This document shows, in pieces, positions 24,075 through 37,406 of a stretch of 64,000 nucleotides of DNA. The notes beneath the pieces were generated by a model. That model made no database searches. It was not told the origin of the DNA and saw only the letters and a program-made list of their open reading frames with translations. The position numbers were made by a program, and so were the translations under genes. The stretch comes from Nemertoderma westbladi (Eukaryota > Animalia > Xenacoelomorpha): contig JAUCBJ010001484.1 of assembly GCA_032718475.1 (NCBI GenBank), positions 1 to 64,000 on the forward strand, in the 5' to 3' direction. Within the stretch, counting starts at the first letter, position 1, and the number at the start of each line of letters is the position of its first letter.

Positions 24075-27000
24075 AATGAAGATGCTCTTTCCTCTCGTAT
24101 TAATCTAATTAATTTGGATATGCCCCCACACTCTGGTGTCAGCGAAGATTCCAGGGGTCTGGAGAACAGATGGTCCATCGATTATGTAGACAAGGACCCG
24201 CGAGGCCAATACCTCGGTCAGAGCACCTACATACATCTCAAAGAGTTATTCTCACCCAACGGCGTTGGTAGTAACGCCCAGTCCCAGAGTCTGGAGGACA
24301 TCCGTCGCAGTTTGTTCCCGGATAAACCATCGAGGAATCTGATTTTCTCCGAGGATTCGGGGCGTCGGCATTCCACTGACCCTATCCCCGTCTCTGTAGC
24401 CAATCAGGACGTCGCCCCACATTCCGGACTCAAGCTAGACCCCGCATTGTTGAATAAGTCCTGGTCGGGTTACCCCGAGGCTTCCTCGTGTCAGCCCAGC
24501 AGTACGTTTTTTCCTACTTACGTTGTCGCGAAAACTACTGCCAGTCGCGACGACGAATTGCCTAAGGATTCAACCGCCTTCCCTCCTTCTCGTGTTCAAG
24601 AATTAATATCTCGATGGGAGATTAATACGCCGCCCAACGCTGCCGGTATCGTTTCCAATGCATTACCTCCTCGACAAACTTCCAAATCTGAATCTTTCCA
24701 AAAGCCTCGTAAAATCTCCACACCATCTGACTCAAAGTCATTCACAGAAATCCCAAATATCTCTTATGGAGAACCTGAGTCCAAGATTCGATTATCGAAA
24801 TCAGCGTTGTCATTAATTTTAGAATCGGAAAGTAACAAACGCAAACCACGAGCTCCAACTCCAATTCCGCGATCCATCAAAGAAATCGGAACGATTTTTA
24901 AACTCCTGGCGAAGAAGAAAGGTGCTTCCAATCACCAACGTTTCCCGGCGAATTCGCCCGATATAGAACAAATGTATTTCGATAAACCGTTAAGTAAAAC
25001 CGCTCCGACTTCCCCTTCGGGGGATCCACCTCCATCGACGGCGATTTATCCTAAAGATCAACTCCCTAGTTACGATCCTCGGGATTGCGATCCTAGTAAA
25101 CCGACTCTCAACGTGCGGGAGAGAATTAATCTGGTCCCGTCCTCGTCCAATAACAGCTCAGAGAGTAGTCCGGCGACGGCGCTCATCCGTAGCCACCCGA
25201 CGCCGCCCCACTCGGCGGCGTTGAGTGCGGGCCGATCCGCGGGGCCCTGCAGCAAACAGTTGGCGAAGCGGCGAGTCCCGAACGCGACCCACTCGGTCGG
25301 CGAGCCGTCCGACTCGAGTTCCAGCAGTAGGAATCGCCGGAAACTCAACGACGATATGCGATGGTTGTCTCCCATCGGGGTTATTCCGTCCGAGTTGTTT
25401 CCCCCCGAACCTCCTAGGAATGTGGCTGCTGATAAAATCAGACCAACAGAGAGTGATGTTGTTACCAAAGTTGGTGTTAATTCAACCAAATTGGATGTCG
25501 CAACCACTCCAATACCTTGATGCCGATATTAACAAAGAAGATAATGATACTATTAAAGTTGGTGCTAATTCTACTGAAATGGATCCTGGTTCTACCAAAG
25601 TTCTTGCTAATTATATCACGGTAGTTGCAGGTTCTACAACGATGGATCCCGAATCTACCAAAGTGGTTACCAATTCTTCCACTCATGTTGCCAATTCTTC
25701 CGAACTTATTGCTGATTCTTCCAAACTGGCTTCCCGTCCCATGAAATTAGGCGCCGATACTACATTAACGGATCAAGGTAAATCTGTATCGCCGATTCTC
25801 CTTGTTTCGGATGATGTTGGTTATAACGAATCCAAAACTCGCGGTGAAAACGATATAAATAATAGACTAATCGCTTCGGTTCGCGATAATCATGTCGTCC
25901 GATCTTGTTAATAATCGGGATACGGAACCGGTTTCTAATAGTGTGCACCGCGGACGGCGTGATTCCCGGAGCGGCGAGATACTAAGTGTCGATATGGCGC
26001 TGTTCAATACCCTGGCTAGCGCGCCGACTCCTACTGACGACTCCCCACACAAACCCTACGATGGTGTCAGCTTGGTAACAACTGTCAATCAAATGAAAGA
26101 CCATTCCAGTGCCGACGAATCACCGAACTCCACTAACATTGTAGATCGGTCCCCTCATTCTAAATATCCAAGTTTACAAGATTTCAATGGTATAGGGTTG
26201 AATGATATCAATAAAGATTTGGTAATTAATTCGTCTGTAATTTCACCTTGCAGTAATGTTGTTAACAATAATTCCAAGAATAGAATTGACAGTGGCATTG
26301 ATACTTTAAGGTCGGTGGAGGAAAAAAGAAGCACATTGGCTTTGAAGCTTAAAGAACTGAGTGACGCTTTGGTCCCTGTAATGGCAACGCAGATCGGGCG
26401 TCAGACTGGGTATAGTTACAACGATGCGAAGATTACCAATGAAGGTGTGAATAGGGAGATCTTGCCGACAGATAAAGGTGTGGATGTACCGCAGACGAAC
26501 AGTGAGAGCGCCTGGGAAGATAATTTGACGTTTAGTAACAACAGTTTAGCGCCTCCTCATCATTTTGTCCCGTCGTTATTTAGCGGTAAAGAAGAAAATA
26601 AGTACCAGGATAGCTCGACTCGGCAATCGGAATCTCATGCGAATTCTACCGATAAATCTAGTCTTGATCATCATATTGATATCTTGAAGAAGGAAAAATT
26701 GAACTCTTCCGCAGAGATAATTGGTAATCTTGTCGATCGTATTGATTTAGTTGGTGTTCTGAGCGCGGCCACCAGACGCAATCGGGCGGCACGCGAGTTT
26801 GCGTGTTTAGCGCAGCAGAACAAATCCTTGGATTCGATTATTTTACCATATCGAGATCTTCCTCGTCCCCTTGAACCCGAGAAAGAACGTAGTGAAGGTG
26901 CTGGCGAGACTGCAGTTGACCGTCGGATTCCCAGACAAGATACAAACGACAATAGCGGTCACACATCCAGACGCTCCCGTAGTCATCATTCTACACGACA

Positions 27001-27491
27001 GAGTGGCGGTCCCAATCACAGCCGTAATGATGTTGATTTGTTAGTCAATAAAGATATCGAGTCTGCGAAAGACATTGGCGGAAGGAATTCTAGTTTACCG
27101 AGGGAAACCAGCCACTCTCCTGGTGTTTTTGCTAAAGTTAGAAAATACGTGAAGAAGTCGTCGCAGTCGTCATCGTCTGGTGAGAGGCGGTACGATCGGT
27201 ACAAACAGCGGTCGCATCTGTCGAAGTTCGACGCGAACTCGGACAGACGCGGTTCTCTCGACTCGTCCGTGGTTCTCGACGCATCCGTCGGTGTAGACAA
27301 CGGCGCGGAGGCGGTCGGGTTGAGGTCCGCTCGTCCGTGGCGACTCGAACCCGATTGCAGCACCCCGCCAGAAACTCCTCCAACCTACTCCTCCAGGGTT
27401 CGGGCCGCCGGCAGTTCTTCCCGCGCTCATCTTCCACCTGAAGCTGATGACCAGTCGGATTATCGGTCGCCACGCAGTCAACATAACCTCG
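24075..27491 (+). CDS. Large exon D (3.4 kb) of unknown gene; low-complexity S/P/R/D-rich; two +1 frame breaks at ~25510 and ~25890
   Basis: Acceptor ttttgtttttag| in phase 0 with ORF 24114-25520; coding continues in ORFs 25225-25911 and 25892-27529; donor G|gtaaga, phase 1. Confidence 0.75.
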
Positions 27492-28599
27492 GTAAGATGT
27501 CTTACGCTCTTACAGTACAGCAACTGTAGGTTTATTGTTCTGTCGCACTTTATAAATCACATTCGGGAAGTAGTTTATTGTTATTTATTTTTGGTACCAT
27601 TCACTTAACATAATTTCATATTCAATGGAGGTCATTTGTTTGTAATATTTTCACTCTTGATATTTTTTGTCTCATATTTAATTTTTCCGCACATTTTATT
27701 AAATCTGGCTGATAATTAATAATTCATATTTTTAGGATTACGACTCTAATTTAAAAATATTATTATTATTTTTTTCTTTTTTTTTACACTTAAACTTATA
27801 TTATACCGTATCGATCAATCGATGAGACGTATATTTCTAAATGTTTTTACCTACAAATAATAACAAATATAATATGACAGATATAAAACGACACATTTTG
27901 GTCCTCATACTGAATACATCAGAAATACAGCAGAGTGAAATATTCAATATTTGTTGCTGCAAATAATTATAATTTTTTGACTTAATAATTATTATTAATA
28001 TAATTAATTATTAAGAATTAATAACGCGATCCCAATTTATTCAATTAAGAATTAATATTTGATTTAACTTATTGATTTAACTTAATTTTGTTTATTTTAT
28101 GTTATGTAGTACAACAACTATAATTGTTACCTAATATGATTATATTTATTTTTAGGCCAACCTTGTCAAACTTTATTAGTATTATTATTAAAAATCATTA
28201 TTTTGTTGGTTTGAAAACCTTGAATATGTATAAACCTGCTCAGTCCTTATATCCATCCCTCTTTGGCAATGGCCTTTTTAACGTTTAAAATGTCCCAGTT
28301 TAATATAAAAATATACCAGCAACAATAAAAAATTTGCCAAGTTAATCTAATTCTCCGAAAATTAATTATGTGCCATTAACATTAATAATGTGTCAGTCAG
28401 TAAACTGCAGAGATGCAGAGGTCAGACTCAGTTTGAGAGCCAGCAAACCCAGGACAAGCAAGCGAATCAACTATGACTGGGAGAATCTCAGAACTGACCA
28501 ATGCTGTAAAGGATGCTTACACAGTAGAAGGTTCAAAACCGCTTTGAAGCACTTCAGTCAATGGATGAAGTCCAGTCCACCGATTCAATGTACCATGAA

Positions 28600-28761
28600 T
28601 ATAATAAATTATTGGTGTTTTGGGTGAATGAGTGGTTTCATATTATTATAACTTTTGTTGGGCACAGCTTTTGCAAAGTCGGCAATGACATCCAGGTGGG
28701 ATCGAACTGGTGTCCTCCGAGTTGGAAGTCTGACGCTCTATCCATTCAGCTAGCGGCTCAG
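28600..28761 (-). mobile_element. tRNA-derived SINE copy
   Basis: Reverse complement has A-box-like AGCTGAATGGATAGAGCG and B-box GTTCGATCC; near-identical to 29553-29632. Confidence 0.7.
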
Positions 28762-29552
28762 GTAGGGATGTGAGTCAGGAAGTAAGCAAATGACATACTT
28801 CCGGGAATTTTCTATTTTATTAATTTATTGTAAAGTTTACTTTTAATGGTAAATGTTTACAGAAATGCCCCCTTATTAATTACATAAAATAGTAATAATG
28901 AGATTTTAACTAAAATTGTGATTGTGACTTTGTGTTTTGTCAATTTCATTATATTAACTAGATGTTTTATATTATTGAACGCAATTTTGGAAATTAATAC
29001 ATTTTTAATGTTATCTCTTTAAAATTTAAAACCTGCTATTTTGCCAGTTTATATGCACATTCTGAAAACATATAAGAAAAATGGACAAGTAGAGTAAACA
29101 CTAGTAACAAGTTATTCCTGCTTAGTGGTTCGGTGTCTTGGCTCTTGTGGTCGTAGCTACGAGTGAAGTATACTTTTCCGGAAATTACCTTGAAAAAACA
29201 TATTTCGGGAAACGCACATCCCTAGGCTCGTGTATAAGGTAGATTTAAGCAATTTAAGTCGTCATGTCCTCCCATCCGTCTTTCAATACCAATACCTGTG
29301 CTCGCTCAATCCTGCTGGACTTGGCCACTCATTCACTCAACACACCAATAATAAGTTATAAAATATACCGGTCGGCATTTCTATATGGGTGTAACTGCCC
29401 TACCTAAATTAATAGCTAGAGTGTATAATGTACTGTAGAGTTGAGCACAGTGGCAGCAGATGATGGTATTGACTGTTGGGAGACCACGAGGAGGTAAATT
29501 GCAGACATACAAATTATCAGATAGTATTTCCAGGTCTATCTTTTACTTGATC

Positions 29553-29632
29553 AGCGAGCTGAATGGTTAGAGCGTCAGACTTCCAACCCGGATGTCACCA
29601 GTTCGATCCCACCTGGATGTCATTGCCGACTT
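29553..29632 (+). mobile_element. tRNA-derived SINE head (TCC-containing loop, Gly-like)
   Basis: AGCTGAATGGTTAGAGCG...CTTCCAA...GTTCGATCCC; stems imperfect, so not called a tRNA gene. Confidence 0.7.
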
Positions 29633-31275
29633 ACAAGACAAGAGTATATAAGAATGTGAAAAAAGCCCGCAATTAATCAGCCAAGAGGCATATTCCCGAG
29701 AAACCCAAACGAAAACAGTGCTCCTTGGCAAGACTCTGGGGTTACTTGTAAGAGAGAATATCTTTCGATAGCCTGCAAGTAAAAACCAACAGCCGAAAAC
29801 ATCAACAAGATTATGAAAGCTAAGTAAGATCTTAAATTAGCAGCCAGGAGAGTTCATGGAGAAATTACAACTGCTCACATACAGCAACAGTCAATACTTA
29901 CTTGGCAAACTGTAAATAAGGTATCTGGTCGGAAAAGTTGTGCAAAGGGGCGCCTCAAAGCCGATAATGTTTGCAACCGGATGAAAAGGGGAAAAGCCAC
30001 CGCCACTTTGGACTAAAGGTCAACTAAAGCCTCTCCCCAAGAAAGGAGACCTCGGTATACCAACAAACTATCGTGGGATCTGTCTGCTTGTGGTAGCTGA
30101 CAAAATATACAATAAAATGATTCTATATAGGATTAGGCCTCACATGGAGAAACTACTGCGTAAGAGCCAAAACGGATTTCGACCAAATAGATCAACAATA
30201 GCTCAGATACTTGCACTACGGAGACTGATTGAAGGAATTAAGTCAAAGAATCTCCCCGCAGTCATGACTTTTGTGGACTTCAAGAAGGCATTCGACTCCA
30301 TCCATAGAGGTAAAATGCTTGAAATCCTAAGAGCTTATGGAATACCAGAAGTCATTGTTGCTGGCATTGGATTGTTATATTGTGACACAGAAGCGCAGGT
30401 ACTCTCACCAGATGGTGAAACTGAGTTTTTCTCAATCCTGGGTGGCGTACTGCAAGGTGACACATTAGCACCATTACTATTTGTAATTGTACCGGATTAC
30501 GCAATGAGGACGGCCACAAAGAGTGAAGATCTGGGATTCACACTTCAAGAACGCAGAAGTAGTAGATATCCGGCAACTATACAGTCACATACACCGACTT
30601 TTCGGATGACATCGCCCTGCTCTCTAATACGCTAGCAGATGCACAGCTTCTACTAAATAAATTGGAGAGGGCTGCGCTGAGGTTGGATTGCATATAAATG
30701 CTACCAAGACCGAATTCGTGACTTTTAATGTTAATGGAAACTTGACAACAATTCATAATAATCAACAAAGGAAGGTTGACTACTTCCATACCTTGGGTCA
30801 TGGGAGAGACCCGAGAGAGTAGCAAAAAGGTCATAGAGGTTAGGAAACCAAAGGCTTGGGTAGCTCTATCAAAAATGGATACCACTGGAGTGGGCACTGC
30901 TCGAGAAGTAAACATGAGGTTATAACAGATCTACGTTTCTGGCAACGAGCATAAGGAAAGCATAGCCGTGGACGACCAGCTGTGGCATATAGACCAACTT
31001 GAAAGGGATTCTGGACTTAATAGAAACGAAATTGCGACAACTATAGAGAATCGGGAAGCCTGGAAGGATCTCATTTCCACAGTTCGCTCGACCTAGTAGT
31101 TGTAGTAGTGTCAGTAAAATTATAATTATTCAATTTTAATATTTTATGCCATTTTCCTTTAAAATGTTCCACGTTCATAAAAGGTGGATTCCGTGAGTAA
31201 ATATTGTTTAATTAATTTTCACTTGCATTACTCATTTTTCTATAAGTAAATAAAATGCTTTATTTCCCGTTGCAG

Positions 31276-31411
31276 GTAATATTGCAGTTGATTACTATGT
31301 TCACAGTGATTATTGTTTGGATTCCAATGGATCCCAATGGGATTCCTCGACAATGGGACCCAAACCTCCGCCTCGCCCCAAAGACGCACCTCCCTCCTGC
31401 GTATCAGCCAG
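31276..31411 (+). CDS. Exon E of unknown gene (GNIAVDYYVHSDYCLDSNGSQWDSSTMGPKPPPRPKDAPPSCVSA)
   Basis: Acceptor tttcccgttgcag|, donor CAG|gtgggt; 136 nt, phase 1 in, phase 2 out; open in the required frame. Confidence 0.75.
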
Positions 31412-31599
31412 GTGGGTTGAAACTCTCGTGTATGTATATGTAATTAAATAAATTCGAGATCATACCTCTCCAACCCCCCCCCCCCCCCCCCCCCCCCCTC
31501 CACAATTATAATTGTAGTTTTCATAATTTCTAAAATATACTGCCAGGTCTTTAAAATTTTAAATTCATTACATTAAGCATTACATTAATCATTACATTG

Positions 31600-32600
31600 A
31601 CGCCCGCACCCACCCCATCCCACCATTTTTTGTAACACTGAAACAAACACAGTTGAGAATGTGAATATTATGACGTTTTCTATTTTTGATGGAATGTATA
31701 CGAGTTGCACCAGGCGTATCAAACTTGTATTTTTCGGAGCTGTGTGCAAAATTTGGTGCCAGCACGAAATTTAGAAAATCCATTCAATAGTTCAATTGGT
31801 TGTGACAACTTATTTCTCGCATTTTAGAGATTTATGGGGGTTCTGAATTCAATGGAATAAATAATTATCTAACTAAAACATCTCAAACTTGTTTTTTTCG
31901 GGACTGAAAATTGCATTAAGAGTTCCTAAACTTTTATTTTTCGGAGGTGGGTGAAAATTTTTGTGCCAGCACCAAATTTTTGTAAATAATCAAATCGATC
32001 AATATATATTAGATAGTATCATTTTGTTTCTTGTATTATACGGGTTTATGGGATTAATGAATCCGATGGAATCAATAAAAACAGCACTGGACATCTCAAA
32101 CTTGTACTTTTTGGTGATGGGTACGAAATTTGGTGCTAGCACCAAAATTTACCATATTACGCCCTAGAATACGAGTAGCAATGATCTGGCAAATTAGAAA
32201 TGTATTCCATTAGAATCAGCGCCCCAGAAAACGTGAAATTATGAATTTATAGCATCGTATAAGTGAATTAAAAAATTTGTACTCAAACTAAAAGTTATGG
32301 TTATTTGTTTTTTTAATTTTTTGCCTACGTAGAGGATTAAAACAGCCATTTATAGTAATCATATCAATTTTAAATATTTTACATTGGATTCTGCGCCCCA
32401 GAAAACATACGTATTGAAAAAAGTATTAGCTGAAAATTGTAACTTTCAAATTTGTTGAAAATTGTTTACCACTTGAAATTTTGGTACTGCAAAAACCACC
32501 CCTGTACATTTTTTCGAAAATCTTTTTGGTCGGATTTGGCCAAGTGAATTCTACGTACAAACCAAAAATCAGACGTTTTCGTTAAAATTTGTAGATGTTA
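31600..32600. mobile_element. Probable non-autonomous DNA element with internal repeats (CAAACTTGT, AAATTTGGTGC(C/T)AGCAC.AAATTT, GCGCCCCAGAAAAC)
   Basis: These motifs recur 2-3 times within 1 kb; no termini identified. Confidence 0.4.
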
Positions 32601-32703
32601 TGTATTTGTACAACCCGCTGTATTTGTACAACCCGCGGTATTTGTACAACATCTTATAGCTTTTAAATAAAAGGTACTGATGGTTATTAAACATTTGTTG
32701 CAG

Positions 32704-32821
32704 ACGGAAGCGCTACAAGCCGGCGTCCCCTCATCCATTTCTTCGCAGACCGTTTCAAACAAGCCCAATTACCTCACCGTCCAACCAATCTTCCACAACA
32801 GTACAGCAATCTCATCGATAA
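32704..32821 (+). CDS. Terminal coding exon F of unknown gene (RKRYKPASPHPFLRRP...QQSHR*)
   Basis: Acceptor tttgttgcag|, phase 2, open to TAA at 32819-32821, followed by AT-rich UTR-like sequence. Confidence 0.7.
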
Positions 32822-33897
32822 ATCGCTCAGATAAAGTAGTTTCCTTCTCATTTCAGATTTACGGCCTTGTGTTTCTGCAAATCTCTAATATTCCGTAAAT
32901 ATTGTTACATTTAATACTTTTTCTGGTGTTTTAGGTTACTAAGTATATATTTTTGAATTCACTTTTTTATTGTGAAATTGTCGATAAATATGTAGGACCT
33001 GTTATACCGTTTATGTAACTTTCATGGTGTATAATGTACAACTTTACAGGATTACAGTACCAGTAAGAGTTAATTGATTAGCCGAACCAATTGAGGCACA
33101 TGAGGTGGCATGCAAAGTAACTTATTTAGAACCAGAATTGTTACACACCTATTTTTCAGGTAATTTGCGGTCGGTCATTTTAAATCATCACATAAGTTGA
33201 CTTCCACCAGCTGGTTTCCTCAATAGAAACTTTACTTGAACACGAAACGGTTTATATTATTAATCTACATCGCGCCTAATATTGTTCCAAAGCAGTCGGA
33301 TTAAGTTTATTAGTCAAGATTGCATGGTCTTCCAGAATTATGCCGTTAAAAAGATAAATTACCGCGTGTTTTCCAAACGAAACGTGTGTCAAGCTGAAAG
33401 GATTGCTTGTGGTACAAACAAAAATATAGGTAGAAGCAAGTATAGAAGTAAGTAAAGAAGGCATGTTACTTTATATTTATTAGAATAGAATCAATCATGT
33501 AAAGTTATATTCAACTTTACTGCGTTGAAATTACAACGGAGTGAAGTAATAAGTGTTTTATTGGAATAATTAATATGATTAATGAATAAGTCATTCGGTG
33601 CGGAATTATGTAGATTAAACTGTCCTATTATTTATTTTAAAAGCAATTTATTTTAACTGGTTTAACACTGTTAGTCTTTTCTGATGTGTATATATATTTT
33701 ATGTAATGTATATGGTAAATAACTTATTTCATTTATCAATCAAACAATGCTGCTTAAATACGTTTATTTATTACTATTGTTTTAGTGTTTTGTGCGTAAT
33801 TTTATTTTGGTAGAAGTTTTTATTGTTTTATTTTAATATAATAATATATTTTCTTCTGATTTTGGCCTAAACACTTTTTTAAAATAATTATATTACA

Positions 33898-36717
33898 TAG
33901 TGCGCGCTACAACATATCACGTATTTAGTGTCCGCTACATGTCACGTATTTAGTGCCCGCTACAATATGTCACATATTTAGTGCCCGCTACATGTCACGT
34001 ATTTAGTGCCCGCTACAACATGTCCCATATTTAGTGCCCGCTACATGTCACGTATTTAGTGCCCGCTACAACATGTCCCATATTTAGTGCCCGCTACATG
34101 TCACGTATTTAGTGCCCGCTACATGTCACGTATTTAGTGCCCGCTACAACATGTCACATATATAGTGCCCGCTACATTTCACGTATTTAGTGCCCGCTAC
34201 ATGTCACGTATTTAGTGCCCGCTACATGTCACGTATTTAGTGCCCGCTACAACATGTCACATATTTAGTGCCCGCTACATGTCACGTATTTAGTGCCCGC
34301 TACAACATGTCCCTTATTTAGTGCCCGCTACATGTCACGTATTTAGTGCCCGCTACAACATGTCCCATATTTAGTGCCCGCTACATGTCACGTATTTAGT
34401 GCCCGCTACATGTCACGTATTTAGTGCCCGCTACAACATGTCACATATTTAGTGCCCGCTACATGTCACGTATTTAGTGCCCGCTACAACATGTCACATA
34501 TTTAGTGCCCGCTACATGTCACGTATTTAGTGCCCGCTACAACATGTCACATATTTAGTGCCCGCTACATGTCACGTATTTAGTGCCCGCTACAACATGT
34601 CACATATTTAGTGCCCGCTACATGTCACGTATTTAGTGCCCGCTACAACATGTCACATATTTAGTGCCCGCTACATGTCACGTATTTAGTGTCCGCTACA
34701 ACATGTCACATATTTAGTGCCCGCTACATGTCACGTATTTAGTGCCCGCTACAACATGTCCCATATTTAGTGCCCGCTACATGTCACGTATTTAGTGCCC
34801 GCTACATGTCATGTATTTAGTGCCCGCTACAACATGTCACATATTTAGTGCCCGCTACATGTCACATATTTAGTGTCCGCTACATGTCACGTATTTAGTG
34901 CCCGCTACATGTCACGTATTTAGTGCCCGCTACATGGCACGTATTTAGTGCCCGCTACATGTCACGTATTTAGTGCCCGATACAACGTGTCACATATTTA
35001 CTGCCCGCTACATGTCACGTATTTAGTGCCCGCTACAACATGTCTCATATTTACTGCCTGCTACATGTCACGTATTTAGTGCCCGCTACAACATGTCCCA
35101 TATTTAATGCCCGCTACATGTCACGTATTTAGTGCCCGCTATATGTCACGTATTTAGTGTCCGCTACATGGCAAGTATTTACTGCCCGCTACAACATGTC
35201 ACATATTTAGTGCCAGCTACATGTCATGTATTTAGTGCCCGCTACATGTCACGTATTTAGTGCCCGCTACAACATGTCCCATATTTAGTGCGTGCTACAT
35301 GGCACGTATTTAGTGCCCGCTACATGGCACGTATTTAGTGCCCGCTACAACATGTCACATATTTAGTGCCAGCTACATGTCATGTATTTAGTGCCCGCTA
35401 CATGTCACGTATTTAGTGCCCGCTACAACATGTCCCATATTTAGTGCGCGCTACATGGCACGTATTTAGTGCCTGCTACATGGCACTTATTTAGTGCCCG
35501 CTACAACATGTCACATATTTAGTGGCTGCTACATGGCAGGTATTTAGTGCAGCTACAACATGTCACATATTTAGTGCCCGCTACATGGCACGTATTTAGT
35601 GCCAGCTACAACATGTCACGTATTTAGTGCCCGCTACAACATGTCACTTATTTAGTGCCCGCTACATGTCACGTATTTAGTGCCCGCTACAACATGTCAC
35701 ATATATAGTGCCCGCTACATTTCACGTATTTAGTGTCCGCTACAACATGTCCCATATTTAGTGCCCGCTACAACATGTCCCATATTTAGTGCCCGCTACA
35801 TGGCACGTATTTAGTGCCCGCTACAACATGTCACATATTTAGTGCCCGCTACATGTCACGTATTTAGTGCCCCCTGCAACATGTCACATATTTAGTGCCT
35901 GCTACATGGCACGTATTTAGTGCAGCTACAACATGTCACATATTTAGTGCCCGCTACATAGCACGTATTTAGTGCCAGCTACAACATGTCACGTATTTAG
36001 TGCCCGCTACAACATGTCACATATTTTAGTGCCCGCTACATTTCACGTATTTAGTGCCCGATACAACATGTCACATATTTTAGTGCCCGCTACATGTCAC
36101 GTATTTAGTGCCCGCTACAACATGTCACATATATAGTGCCCGCTACATTTCACGTATTTAGTGTCCGCTACAACATGTCCCATATTTAGTGCCCGCTACA
36201 TTTCACGTATTTAGTGTCCGCTACAACATGTCCCATATTTAGTGCCCGCTACATGTCACGTATTTAGTGCCCGCTACAACATGTCACTTACTTAGTGCCC
36301 GCTACATGTCACGTATTTAGTGCCCGCTACAACATGTCACTTACTTAGTGCCCGCTACATGTCACGTATTTAGTGCCCGCTACAACATGTCACATATTTA
36401 GTGCGCGCTACATGTCACGTATTTAGTGCCCGCTACAACATGTCACGTATTTAGTGCCCGCTACATGTCACGTTTTTAGTGCCCGCTACAACATGTCCCA
36501 TATTTAGTGCCCGCTACATGGCACGTATTTAGTGCCCGCTACAACATGTCACATATTTAGTGCCCGCTACATGGCACTTATTTAGTACCCTATACAACAT
36601 GTCACATATTTACTGCCCGCTACATGTCACGTATTTATTGCCTGCTACAACATGTCACGTATTTAGTGCCAGCTACATGTCATGTATTTAGTGCCAGCTA
36701 CATGTCACGTATTTAGT
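33898..36717. repeat. Satellite of alternating 25-bp (TTTAGTGCCCGCTACATGTCACGTA) and 28-bp (TTTAGTGCCCGCTACAACATGTCACATA) monomers, about 105 monomers
   Basis: Directly visible; frequent 53-bp dimer period. Confidence 0.98.
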
Positions 36718-37406
36718 TGGGGTATAGAGTATCTTGCCTCGAGATATAAAAATATAAAACGTTATTGTTACCGTATGCGCATTAACTTTTTATATTTTTA
36801 TAACTCGTGGCAAGACCCTATACATACACCCCCAACGGGGAACTTTGCCCTTCGCTATGAGCCCGCCTGGACCCTTTGACTTAGATTCACTAAGTAAATT
36901 TAACCTAATTCAGTGCGATGATTGCCATCGGTTTTGAATACCTAGAAAAACATTGTTCGAGAATGTTTGGAATTTAAATGCCTCGCTCAGAGAAAAATAT
37001 GAACTTTTGAACGCGCATATTGGCATATTTGGAATCCTTCAAACGCCACCTCTGCATCGCAACTATTAAATCACTAAAATAACAAAGAATAATATACTGA
37101 CTAATCTTAGTTTAATACAAAGATTAACCTCCTTAGCAGTAGTACAAATTGTACAAAGATTATGACTAACATATCTTGGCTTCTGCTACACGTTTTGTAG
37201 GTAATTTTTGGTTAGGTTAGTAGGTAATAGGGCCTACTATTAATCCGGAGCCGAATAGATCTAATTTGGTCAAATCCGAATTATTATGTTTTTTTTTCAT
37301 GTCCCGTTCTGATTCATTGAATTGATAATCCGTCGCCAATATGAGGGGCGCTAACAGTATGCAGGAGTTAGCTCATCGTATAAGTTACCATTTTGTGAAT
37401 TTTTAA

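Larger units (their letters stand above)
28392..31110 (+). mobile_element. Decayed RTE-clade LINE in the intron between exons D and E, interrupted at ~28600-29640
   Basis: PKKGDL..NYRGI, QNGFRPNRST, FVDFKKAFDSIHR, GVLQGDTLAP, frameshifted FSDDIALL; (TAG)n-like tail at ~31095-31110. Confidence 0.9.

Noticed and set aside
25394-25941. A conventional intron removing both frame breaks in exon D
   Set aside because: The better donor candidates give the wrong frame with the acceptor at 25941, and the intervening DNA keeps a 21-nt coding periodicity. Not formally excluded without RNA data.
29553-29632. Functional tRNA-Gly gene
   Set aside because: Anticodon and acceptor stems pair poorly, and the similarity to the second copy continues past the tRNA-like part, as expected for a SINE.
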